Position numbers and translations under genes: made by a program | IMG/VR virus record: IMGVR_UViG_3300012940_000045 | Span: 1 to 44,650 of that record | Origin: a virus | Taxonomy: Duplodnaviria > Caudoviricetes | Direction: 5' to 3' (one strand) | DNA length: 44,650 nucleotides | Shown: positions 29,956 through 38,168 of the stretch, one piece after another | Numbering within the stretch: the stretch's first letter is position 1 | Layout of the letters: every line of letters begins with the position of its first letter | The notes under the pieces: model-generated | What the model was told of the DNA's origin: nothing | Database searches by the model: none | What the model saw: only the letters and a program-made list of their open reading frames with translations

Positions 29956-30150
29956 TGTTATCTGTTTTATTGATTCCGAAATGATTGTTTATTGATTCAA
30001 TTGCCCATCTGTATCGATCATTATCCATATAGTGTGGTGAATGCCTATCATAATAAGCGTCATCTACCCTTTTTATAGCTTCTTCATATTGCTTATTGAG
30101 CAATAGCCCGCCATCTATCTGGTCTGATATTCTGTTTTCATCGTAGCTCA
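29942..30150 (-). CDS. Small hypothetical protein (start approximate, MSYDENR)
   Basis: 3' part of ORF 29942..30271, tightly packed in the operon. Confidence 0.5.
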
Positions 30151-30171
30151 TTGTTATCTGTTTTATAGGGG

Positions 30172-30390
30172 TTATTTTAAAATAAAGTATTTTTCCACAG
30201 TAGGGTAAATTCCGCCTTCTGGATATGATTCCACGCACTTTGCTACAACGTTGTTGTACCCTTCTTTCCAAATGCAGGTATAAGGATAGTCGCCCTCAAC
30301 TGATAGTTTCACATTTTTATCTGCTATAAAATTGTAATACTCTTCTTTAGATACTTCCTGTAGTGTCTTTTCGCTCATGGGTAATATCAT
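30172..30390 (-). CDS. Small hypothetical protein
   Basis: Packed in the minus-strand operon. Confidence 0.55.
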   Translation of the reverse strand: MILPMSEKTLQEVSKEEYYNFIADKNVKLSVEGDYPYTCIWKEGYNNVVAKCVESYPEGGIYPTVEKYFILK

Positions 30391-30790
30391 TTAGGTAATC
30401 AAAAAGCCCGGTTATATCAATGCTGTTGATATTTTTAGGTATATATTTATCTATAATGCTTTTTGGAAGATGGATAACATCTGTCATAATCCACCTATCA
30501 TCGTTAAAATGTTCTCTCATAGTCCATTCATACATGTACCCATACCTTCTAATCTTTATGCCACGATCCTCAATTCTACGCTGTGAATGAAATGGAATAT
30601 CAAGCGCCTCATTCGTTTTTTGAAGCATTCCAGTTACATAATAACCCAATGACATGTTATTCTCCTTTGAGAATATTTTTATTGCCTCTATCCTACTTCC
30701 TGATCTGAAAGATGTAACATGATGCATTGAACCGTCTGACCTCTTTCTATAGACATGAAATATTTTAAAATATTGGCGCATCCCATCCAT
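30347..30790 (-). CDS. Hypothetical protein
   Basis: 147-aa ORF overlapping its neighbours. Confidence 0.55.
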   Translation of the reverse strand: MDGMRQYFKIFHVYRKRSDGSMHHVTSFRSGSRIEAIKIFSKENNMSLGYYVTGMLQKTNEALDIPFHSQRRIEDRGIKIRRYGYMYEWTMREHFNDDRWIMTDVIHLPKSIIDKYIPKNINSIDITGLFDYLNDITHERKDTTGSI

Positions 30791-30962
30791 ATTTAAGCAT
30801 GTTATTTAATTTATCTAAGTGTTCTCTCAATTCCGATATTCTTATATGGTCTCTTAAATCCGTACTGTAATTCATCTCTTTGTCTATTTTGTTTTTACAA
30901 GCATTAATTTCAGATTGAACCCTGATTTTTTGATTTAGCGTAAGAGTGGTAAGATTTGCCAT
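30765..30962 (-). CDS. Small helical hypothetical protein (MANLTT start)
   Basis: ATG with A-rich leader downstream of a palindrome. Confidence 0.55.
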   Translation of the reverse strand: MANLTTLTLNQKIRVQSEINACKNKIDKEMNYSTDLRDHIRISELREHLDKLNNMLKYGWDAPIF

Positions 30963-30973
30963 TGTTTTTGTTT

Positions 30974-31000
30974 TATTGTAACGCAAAGATCGTTACAATA
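30974..31000. promoter_or_regulatory. Operator-like inverted repeat
   Basis: TATTGTAACG-N7-CGTTACAATA. Confidence 0.65.
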
Positions 31001-31063
31001 ATTTGAAACACCAAATATTTTTATAAATATTTTTTCGTTACAGAAAATAATTATCTTTGCTGC

Positions 31064-31252
31064 ATGGAAGAACAAAAAATACAACGAGGACGACCTAAAA
31101 AAGAGAACGCAGAAAAGATCGTTACGCTTAACCTGCGTATTTCAGAAACGGACCGTGACAAACTTCGCGACATAACCAATCAACAGGGCAACATATCAGA
31201 TACCGACACTATCCGCCGTTGGATTCGCCAAAACTGGAAAGCAAAGAAGTGA
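31064..31252 (+). CDS. Arc/CopG-like ribbon-helix-helix regulator
   Basis: GRPKK...VTLNLRISETDRDKL; TATCTTTG -7 box at 31052-31059. Confidence 0.72.
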   Translation: MEEQKIQRGRPKKENAEKIVTLNLRISETDRDKLRDITNQQGNISDTDTIRRWIRQNWKAKK

Positions 31253-31292
31253 TTCATATCTATTGCTGCCCTTCCGGAGCCGGTTAAAAAAG

Positions 31293-31706
31293 TTAATCAA
31301 CAGGGAAATATCCGTACTCGGGTGAGAAGGTTAAGAGTGAGCAGCATTCTCTTTTCTCTTTATTTGTCCACCCCAACATGTACTGCATATCCCATCCTTC
31401 TATGTGGTAAACTTCCGTGCTTTCTGGGCTAAAGTGGCTGATAAGCTTATTCGGCATATCTTCTATATTTCGATGTTCCCACCAATTTAATTTTCTGAAT
31501 AGCACAGGAAATTGATCGAAAACTAAAGGCGGTACATGCGTATGCTGCACTACATTATCTCCAAACTCATCTGTATAATCGAATGAAGTAATATGCATTG
31601 AGGTCATACCACTATCTGCTTGAACAATATCCCCAATTTGATAAGGGCTATTTGGATAATCGGCTATAACCTCATATCTTGGTTTCATGAGTTCTTCCGC
31701 TGTCAT
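31293..31706 (-). CDS. Hypothetical phage protein
   Basis: 137-aa ORF, PRYEVIADYPNSPY. Confidence 0.65.
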   Translation of the reverse strand: MTAEELMKPRYEVIADYPNSPYQIGDIVQADSGMTSMHITSFDYTDEFGDNVVQHTHVPPLVFDQFPVLFRKLNWWEHRNIEDMPNKLISHFSPESTEVYHIEGWDMQYMLGWTNKEKRECCSLLTFSPEYGYFPVD

Positions 31707-31711
31707 TGCTT

Positions 31712-32053
31712 TTACTTTGAATTATTAAATAGATTTTCGATTGTTACTTTGAAGTATTCCTGTCCTTTTATAACATTTATTTTCCTGATAGTAGCTTCCA
31801 GTATTTCCTTGTCATTAAATCCATATTTCTTCTGTAGAATGTCTGTTAATGGCTTTACCGGGTTATCAAAGTCAGCGGCCGTGTTTGAGAAACCAAATTC
31901 AAATGATACTCTGTAAGGCGGCTCTGGGAGCTTAATTTTCGGCAACAGGAGCAAAAGAGCATGCTCATATCGTTTATACTCATCAGATTTATATCGTCTC
32001 CCTTTCCAAGCATCATTGACAGAAAGTGGTTTAATCTTCATCGTTATCTCCAT
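31712..32053 (-). CDS. rusA: RusA-like Holliday junction resolvase
   Basis: KPLSVN, DFDNPVKPLTDIL and FNDKEI motifs. Confidence 0.82.
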   Translation of the reverse strand: MEITMKIKPLSVNDAWKGRRYKSDEYKRYEHALLLLLPKIKLPEPPYRVSFEFGFSNTAADFDNPVKPLTDILQKKYGFNDKEILEATIRKINVIKGQEYFKVTIENLFNNSK

Positions 32054-32285
32054 ATGGATCAAATGTTATAAGAACTGTCATGTTCTTGGCATAAAAAGTG
32101 TTGTTGATGTGCGCTGATAATCTCTTTCTCTCTTCCAGGTTATAAAATGATGCCTCAAAATGAACATCCCCGTATTTATCAGTAACCTTTATCGTTCCGC
32201 TCATGAACTGTCAGAATTAAGAGAGGCTACCGTTATCCGATAGCCTGGGTAAGTGAATTATCTCCTCCTGTATTGGTAGGGAGTG

Positions 32286-33782
32286 TTAGAATGGTAAACC
32301 GTCATCATTGAATTGCTTCAACGGGTCAAAGGAGATACTTTTGAATGAAGTATTTGGATTATCAAATACTGGCTCACTGACTAAATCTGGCTCAAAAAAG
32401 CGTTGTGTAGAAAGATCGGTATTCAAGGCAATTTCTCTTAAATCACCATCCCTGTTTTTCGCAATCCTTAATTCTGCAGTGTTCACAAGTGATTTATCAA
32501 TTTCCCCATCTGTTTTTTCGTAATCTTCCCGGCTAAGGAAAAGAACCATATTAGCATCCTGCTCAATAGATCCGCTTTCTCTTAAGTCTGACAGCTGAGG
32601 CTTTTTATTGTCACCTGACCTGCTGGCGCCAGCCCGGCTAAGCTGCGAAAGTGCAATTACCGGTATATCCAAGCTCTTAGCCAGAGCTTTTAAGCCTTGG
32701 CTAATTGAGGCTACTACCTGCTCTCTATTCCCTTTGCATGCAGGATTAGTCATTAATTGCAGGTAATCAACTATCAATAACCCTATTCCGTGCTTTGCTT
32801 TCATCTTTCGTGCCTTTGACCTCAGGTTAAATAGAGTTATCGCACCCTCATCATCGATGAATATCGGAAGGTTACTAATTTCTTCAGAGGCTTTCGATAC
32901 TTGTTCGAGTTGCGTTTCTGTAAGGTTAGCAGTTTTTATAAAATTGAGAGGAACCAGGCTATGCATAGAAAGTTGCCGTTTAAATAATTGCTGAATGCTC
33001 ATTTCTAATGTAAATATTCCTACCCCTATATTTGCTTCTGCAGCCGCTCTGGCAAGGTTTAGTGCAAATGCTGTCTTCCCGAGACCTGGCCGGGCGGCCA
33101 GGATAATCAGGTCTGAATTTTGCCAGCCACCTGTAACACTATCAAGCGATTTTATTCCAGTGGGAACTCCAGTAAGTAATTTTGGATTGGCTACAAGTTC
33201 TACCAGTTGCCTCATATTCTCCGAGGCAACTTGCTTTATAGATTTGAAATCGTTGCCTATTTTCCCTACTGTAAGCTCAAAAATCCCACTTTCAGCATAT
33301 TCCAGAACCTCAAAAATATCATTGTCGTAAGCTGCCCTAATTGTCTGTGTGCAAACGGTTATTGCTTCCCTTGCTAAGTATTTTTCCTGTATTATTCTGC
33401 AGTGTGCCTCAATATTGGCAGAAGACACAACTTCTGAAACTAGCTTACTTAGCTCGTAGGGTGTCCAAATTTCCTTTATCTCAGGGTAGTCTGATAATTT
33501 CCCTATTACGGTTACCAAATCGCAAGGAATAGCCTTAGAATCAATTTTTATTAGAAAATCCCAAAGAGTAGCATTTTTTGGATCGTAAAAGCAGTTTTCA
33601 GATAGGAAAATGTCATTAACTAAATCAAATGTTGGCTTTCCTTCATTCAGTATGGCACCTAAAACAGCGTTTTCAAGCTTTACAACGCTTGGAGGCTTCC
33701 TAATTTCTTGCGTTTCGCTGTAGTTCTGCTTGCTGCTGTATGAGCCGGCTCCTTTTTTCTGCTGGGGTCTCTGTGTTTCCAT
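32286..33782 (-). CDS. dnaB: Replicative DnaB-like helicase
   Basis: AARPGLGKT, IVDYLQL, LSQLSR and DLRESGSIEQDA motifs. Confidence 0.95.
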   Translation of the reverse strand: METQRPQQKKGAGSYSSKQNYSETQEIRKPPSVVKLENAVLGAILNEGKPTFDLVNDIFLSENCFYDPKNATLWDFLIKIDSKAIPCDLVTVIGKLSDYPEIKEIWTPYELSKLVSEVVSSANIEAHCRIIQEKYLAREAITVCTQTIRAAYDNDIFEVLEYAESGIFELTVGKIGNDFKSIKQVASENMRQLVELVANPKLLTGVPTGIKSLDSVTGGWQNSDLIILAARPGLGKTAFALNLARAAAEANIGVGIFTLEMSIQQLFKRQLSMHSLVPLNFIKTANLTETQLEQVSKASEEISNLPIFIDDEGAITLFNLRSKARKMKAKHGIGLLIVDYLQLMTNPACKGNREQVVASISQGLKALAKSLDIPVIALSQLSRAGASRSGDNKKPQLSDLRESGSIEQDANMVLFLSREDYEKTDGEIDKSLVNTAELRIAKNRDGDLREIALNTDLSTQRFFEPDLVSEPVFDNPNTSFKSISFDPLKQFNDDGLPF

Positions 33783-34497
33783 TGTTCTGGTTTTGTTGTA
33801 TGGATTGTCGTTTGGGATCTTTAGCCCAATAGCCGAAATGTTTCGCCCATTCCTGAAGTGGCCTTTCTATCTTGCCCTGGATGGTTACATGCTCATTAAA
33901 AGCTACTGCAAGGGATTTTAACTGAGGTAATTGTATCCGAAGGTTCATGCATAGCAATTCTATTGCCTGAGTGTATTGTTTAGAGGTGAAATACTCCTTT
34001 GCGCATTCAGCCGGAGACATTTTTTTCAATGAATTATCATAATACTCGTCAAAAGTCAGGGAACTTGGCGGCGGAGATGGCAGGCCTTCTACTTCTCCTT
34101 CTATTTCTATTTCTCTTCTCTTCTCTTCAGGCCGCAATCTGCGGCAATCTGCGGCAATCTGCGGCGAAATGTCATCAGGCATATCTGGGAATCGTTTTTT
34201 CATGCTTCTCATTCTTTGCCCAAAATTCAAAATTCTTAAATATGGCTTTGATTCTACTTCGTAAAGAACGATCAAGCCGGCCTTCAGGAGCTCGTCCATC
34301 CAACGGGAAATATCGGCCTCTCTTATAGTATCCAATTTAAGAGGGAATAATGCAGCTTTAACAAGTTTTATGTTAGCATGGAAACTTCCGTAATCATCAG
34401 CCTTCATTGTTAACCTAGTGAATAGCACTTCAGCTTGGAAGGAAAGGGCATCCATTTTAAGCGAATCAGTCCAGTCTCTAATAACCCTGTTTGCCAT
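33700..34497 (-). CDS. Phage replication initiator
   Basis: MANRVIRD...KADDYG wHTH-like N-terminus, internal iterons, upstream of DnaB. Confidence 0.75.
   Translation of the reverse strand: MANRVIRDWTDSLKMDALSFQAEVLFTRLTMKADDYGSFHANIKLVKAALFPLKLDTIREADISRWMDELLKAGLIVLYEVESKPYLRILNFGQRMRSMKKRFPDMPDDISPQIAADCRRLRPEEKRREIEIEGEVEGLPSPPPSSLTFDEYYDNSLKKMSPAECAKEYFTSKQYTQAIELLCMNLRIQLPQLKSLAVAFNEHVTIQGKIERPLQEWAKHFGYWAKDPKRQSIQQNQNNGNTETPAEKRSRLIQQQAELQRNARN
34134..34163. repeat. Origin iterons, 3x GCAATCTGCG
   Basis: Perfect 10-bp tandem repeat inside the initiator gene, beside a pyrimidine tract. Confidence 0.7.
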
Positions 34498-34516
34498 ATC
34501 CTTTAATTGTTGTTGT

Positions 34517-35263
34517 TTAAAATAGTGTGGCTTGCTTCTTGTATAGTGTTATTCGTTCTTTGGCAATTCCAAAAATGCCTTTGTCTTTTTCTATTAAAAT
34601 AGAATTACGCTTAGTATTCATGGAAGCTATACCTGTCGTGCCACTTCCGGCACAGTTATCCAAAATGGTTTGACCAGGCATTGTATAGGTCATAATAAAA
34701 TATTCACAAATAGATACCGGCTTTTGTGTTGGATGGAGTGAGCTATTTTGTGTGTCTGTTGGGAACGTCTGTATTGACGTTGGGTACCTTTCTGTACTTG
34801 AATATGCATAGTCTTTATTCATTTCTCCATAAACATCTGTCTGTAGATGCTTTCTTCTGAAAGAAACTTTTAGCGGATGCCCAGTTGTTTTTTGTGGGTT
34901 ATAGGTACACTGCTTATCATAAAAGACACTTATAACTTCATGATTTCTCATCGGCTGCTTCTTTGCATTCAGAAAGCCAGTTCCTTTTACTTTATCCCAA
35001 ATCCAGTCATATTTGAACATTGGCAAATTGCTAATTCTAAGTTTAGAGGAAAATGGTTCCGCGCCAAAAAGAACTATAGCTGCGTTAGGCTTACATATTC
35101 TTCTATAATGATTCCACAGTTGATCAAACGGGATTATTTCATCCCACTTACATTGTGTAGTCCCGTAAGGTAAATCACAAAGAACCATATCAACACTATT
35201 AGATGGTATTTCATCCATTACCAATAAACAATCTCCTAATATTAACTTTACTTCGCTTATCAT
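34517..35263 (-). CDS. Beta-class N6A/N4C DNA methyltransferase
   Basis: DLPYG, HPTQKP and LDNCAGSGTT motifs. Confidence 0.9.
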   Translation of the reverse strand: MISEVKLILGDCLLVMDEIPSNSVDMVLCDLPYGTTQCKWDEIIPFDQLWNHYRRICKPNAAIVLFGAEPFSSKLRISNLPMFKYDWIWDKVKGTGFLNAKKQPMRNHEVISVFYDKQCTYNPQKTTGHPLKVSFRRKHLQTDVYGEMNKDYAYSSTERYPTSIQTFPTDTQNSSLHPTQKPVSICEYFIMTYTMPGQTILDNCAGSGTTGIASMNTKRNSILIEKDKGIFGIAKERITLYKKQATLF

Positions 35264-35460
35264 TATATTATCAATTTATATTTATGAACAGGAAATGTAT
35301 TGTTATTGTACCTGCAGATATATACAGGATCGTGTGAGGTGGTAATGATTTCTATTTTCTTACCTTTGGGGGCGTATAGCTGAAGACCCTTGCCGTATGA
35401 TCGAGCATCCTCTTTAAGTATGGCGTTGCTTTTTGTGGCCTCTTTGTCTTGCCCATTCAT
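35263..35460 (-). CDS. Small hypothetical protein
   Basis: 65-aa ORF coupled to the methyltransferase. Confidence 0.5.
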   Translation of the reverse strand: MNGQDKEATKSNAILKEDARSYGKGLQLYAPKGKKIEIITTSHDPVYICRYNNNTFPVHKYKLII

Positions 35461-35794
35461 GATTTTCCTCTATATATTGGTTACAGGGTACACACGAAGC
35501 CTCCCAGGTGGTTATTTCAAGGGTATTCCCTCCACGTCCCTCTGTATGATTTACACAGGTTGCCTTACCGGTACACACCGGGCTTTTAATATTGCAAAGG
35601 GGATTTTTAGCCAGATAAATCGGGTAGAGCTTCTTAAGATCCCGCTTTACCGCCTTCATATCGTTCGTTTCTTTCGGTGGTGGCTTCTTTATCTTCACCT
35701 CTGCAACATTGGAATAATGTTTCTTGTGAAAGACACAATAGGTCGAACTGCCATCTGAATTACGAGGGCAGCCCGGAAATTTACATTCTGGCAT
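35414..35794 (-). CDS. Zn-binding HNH-like endonuclease
   Basis: CKFPGC...CVFH, C...C...VNH and CVPCN pattern. Confidence 0.65.
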   Translation of the reverse strand: MPECKFPGCPRNSDGSSTYCVFHKKHYSNVAEVKIKKPPPKETNDMKAVKRDLKKLYPIYLAKNPLCNIKSPVCTGKATCVNHTEGRGGNTLEITTWEASCVPCNQYIEENHEWARQRGHKKQRHT

Positions 35795-35801
35795 GACTAT
35801 T

Positions 35802-36098
35802 CTATGTAAAAATGAAACAATCTGATTCCTTTACTATAGTTGTTGTAAAGGGAAATTGATGGGCAGCAATCTTCTTAATTGTGTCCATTAAAAACTTTGA
35901 TCCGGTAAAAACTACACGCTTAGCATTATCAATGCTTATTTGCATGTGAAGGCATAATCCTTTCCCGTCAAATTTTGAATCCACTATCTTATATTCATGT
36001 ACTACTATCTCTTTATTCAGGATTCTTTCTATCTTAATCTTGTCTCCCATGTAGTTTTTAACGTCCGGGCTTACGCCCAAATCGCTAAACTTTTTCAT
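35802..36098 (-). CDS. Candidate DGR accessory protein (not Avd-like)
   Basis: 98 aa, overlaps RT 3' end by 14 nt, beta-rich pattern. Confidence 0.6.
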   Translation of the reverse strand: MKKFSDLGVSPDVKNYMGDKIKIERILNKEIVVHEYKIVDSKFDGKGLCLHMQISIDNAKRVVFTGSKFLMDTIKKIAAHQFPFTTTIVKESDCFIFT

Positions 36099-37047
36099 CT
36101 GGTATTAATTTTTTAATCAGGTTATTAGTATTTGCATGCTTCGCCCATCCGGTATAAGCTGCTATGGATTGCTTATTGGCATTCTTTGATATAGCCCTGG
36201 CGAAGTTTTTCTTAATTGATTTTCGTAATAATGTATGGGTATGATAGAATTTGTAACCTAAAAAGTCTATTCCACGGCTTGCAACTGGGAATACCTGGTA
36301 ATTGCTCTTTATTTTCAGATTAAGCTTCGTTTGTAAATATTCCCGGATATCTGCCAGAAGTACATGTAATTCTTCTTTTGTCCTGGCAAGGAATACCATA
36401 TCATCACAATACCTGAAATAGTACTTTACCCTCTTCTCTTCTTTGATCCAGTGATCAAACCCGGACAGATAGAAGTTTGCAAAGTATTGGCTCAAATAGT
36501 TCCCTATCGGCAGACCATCCGCACTATCAATAATTCCATCCAGTAGGGTTAAAAGCTGTGGATCTTTAAACTTTGTTCTAAGTAGTGCCTTTAATATAGA
36601 GTGATCAATTGACGGGTAAAACTTATTGATATCCAGTTTAAGGCAATAAGCCGTTTCAAACTGATTTTTAAGCGCCTTTTTTAGTTTACTTGCTGCAGAG
36701 TGAATTCCTCTTCCTTTTATGCAGCTGTAGGTATCGGCTGTAAAATGGGAGACAAAAACAGACTCCAGTACATTCATTATTGCATGATGCAGAATTCTAT
36801 CAGGGAAATATGGCAGCCTAAAAACTTCCCTTTCTTTTGGTTCGTAAATCTTGAAAACTGTATAGGGGGAAGTTTTAAATGTGCCATCCATCAGCATTTT
36901 TTGCAGTTCTGTTAAGTTTTGCTCTCTTTTTTTGTTGTGAGAAACCACTACTGGCTGCTTCATTTTACCTTTCTGAGCTATGGTATCAGCTAATTCAAGA
37001 TTAGCATACTCAAAAATTTTGTGGTAGATATTACCTATTCTTTTCAT
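36085..37047 (-). CDS. DGR reverse transcriptase
   Basis: PKER, DRILHHA, KGRG, LKLDINKFYPSI, GLPIGNYLSQ, YFRYCDD and IDFLGY motifs; adjacent TR/VR pairs; likely start MKRIGN. Confidence 0.95.
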   Translation of the reverse strand: MKRIGNIYHKIFEYANLELADTIAQKGKMKQPVVVSHNKKREQNLTELQKMLMDGTFKTSPYTVFKIYEPKEREVFRLPYFPDRILHHAIMNVLESVFVSHFTADTYSCIKGRGIHSAASKLKKALKNQFETAYCLKLDINKFYPSIDHSILKALLRTKFKDPQLLTLLDGIIDSADGLPIGNYLSQYFANFYLSGFDHWIKEEKRVKYYFRYCDDMVFLARTKEELHVLLADIREYLQTKLNLKIKSNYQVFPVASRGIDFLGYKFYHTHTLLRKSIKKNFARAISKNANKQSIAAYTGWAKHANTNNLIKKLIPDEKV

Positions 37048-37147
37048 AGCCTCTGTTTTAATAGGTCGCCTTCCAATAAGTACCAACGCCCTTTCAAACT
37101 TGTTATTTTTTGCATTGTTAGCAAGGCCCGAACCGTAATAAAAACAG

Positions 37148-37217
37148 GGTTGGAACTGACATTCGTATAATCGTTGTCGTTGTTGTAGTCGTTGTACGAA
37201 AAACTGCTGCCTGAACT
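37148..37217 (-). repeat. DGR template repeat (TR)
   Basis: 70 nt, AAC-rich; differs from both VRs only at its adenines. Confidence 0.95.
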
Positions 37218-37258
37218 ACGGCAGAACGCCAAAAAGCAACGATTCGCAGCCTGTATTC

Positions 37259-37657
37259 TTATTTTACTGTAAGCTTGACTATTTCCCACAGATCGGGATA
37301 GTCATTTGCACTATTTTTAGCCTCTCCCCAACTATTCAAGGTGAGGCGGGAACCGACAGCCGTAGAACCGCCGTCGCAGGCGTAGTCGCGGTACGAAAAA
37401 CCGCCGCCCGAACCGGGTTCATAACCATCTTTTGTATAATGCCACGGCCAGTATTTACGTGTCGAGTGGTTATTATAGTCTCTTATTTCTCCGTTTTTAT
37501 CCGCCTCTATTATAATAGCAAGCATATAATTAGCAGTTAGCCATAATGCCAAATCAGGGCGTAACATTGAGAAATCAGGCAAAGTAGTTGGTTGCCCTAA
37601 TTTTATTGCAGCGGCCTCGAAAGCCTTTTTGCTTTTTTCTGATATTGTGATCAGCAT
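37259..37657 (-). CDS. DGR target protein 1 (132 aa)
   Basis: Contains VR1, encoding GSGGGFSYRDYACDGGSTAVGSR. Confidence 0.9.
   Translation of the reverse strand: MLITISEKSKKAFEAAAIKLGQPTTLPDFSMLRPDLALWLTANYMLAIIIEADKNGEIRDYNNHSTRKYWPWHYTKDGYEPGSGGGFSYRDYACDGGSTAVGSRLTLNSWGEAKNSANDYPDLWEIVKLTVK
37345..37414 (-). repeat. DGR variable repeat VR1
   Basis: 19 mismatches to TR over 70 nt, all at TR adenines, no gaps. Confidence 0.95.
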
Positions 37658-37680
37658 GTGTTTTATTTTATGATGGTTTA

Positions 37681-38127
37681 TTAATTACGTCCCAGGTATG
37701 TTTTGTATTCTTCAACCAGACATTTCCCCATGTGGGCGGCTTGTTCAGGTGTGAAAACTCGGAGGCGGGAACCGACAAACGCATAAACGAGGTCGTTGTA
37801 GTAGCCGCGGCACGAAAAACCGCCGCCCGAACCATAGAAATAAGGATAGTAAAAGCATTTATTCTCTGGTTGCCCTTGTCTCATGGCCTTAGCAAAAACT
37901 TTGATGGATACTTCAGCCTTTTCGTATTCGTCTTTACAGTTATCATACAGTGTTGAATAATCATCTCCTGTGTCTTCGCAAGCGTCCTGTACTGTAAATA
38001 CTCTCTTGGTTACATCTGCCTGGAATGTCTTTTTCCCAAATAGATTTTCAAGCAATGATTTGCCTTTGTCGTTGGCTTCTTTGTGGGCCTTTAAAGCGTT
38101 TTCTTTTGTCACTTGTAGTGTTTCCAT
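37681..38127 (-). CDS. DGR target protein 2 (148 aa)
   Basis: Contains VR2, encoding GSGGGFSCRGYYNDLVYAFVGSR. Confidence 0.9.
   Translation of the reverse strand: METLQVTKENALKAHKEANDKGKSLLENLFGKKTFQADVTKRVFTVQDACEDTGDDYSTLYDNCKDEYEKAEVSIKVFAKAMRQGQPENKCFYYPYFYGSGGGFSCRGYYNDLVYAFVGSRLRVFTPEQAAHMGKCLVEEYKTYLGRN
37764..37833 (-). repeat. DGR variable repeat VR2
   Basis: 18 mismatches to TR over 70 nt, all at TR adenines, no gaps. Confidence 0.95.
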
Positions 38128-38141
38128 ATATTTTTGAGATT

Positions 38142-38166
38142 AAAAAAGCCCGGCAATTATCCGGGC
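38142..38166 (-). terminator. Terminator-like hairpin between exonuclease and DGR
   Basis: Minus strand GCCCGG-ATAATTG-CCGGGC followed by T6. Confidence 0.6.
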
Positions 38167-38168
38167 GG

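Noticed and set aside
36085-37047. RT as a group II intron, retron or Abi RT
   Set aside because: No maturase/endonuclease extension or msr-msd seen; the A-specific TR/VR pairs identify a DGR
37044-37289. 81-aa ORF containing SSGSSFSYNDYNNDNDYTNVSSN
   Set aside because: It is the TR read in the VR frame; TRs are often stop-free and act as RNA, and nothing supports translation
37276-37304. Imperfect hairpin downstream of VR1 as the DGR homing cruciform
   Set aside because: The stem is bulged and I saw no equivalent after VR2; too weak to call
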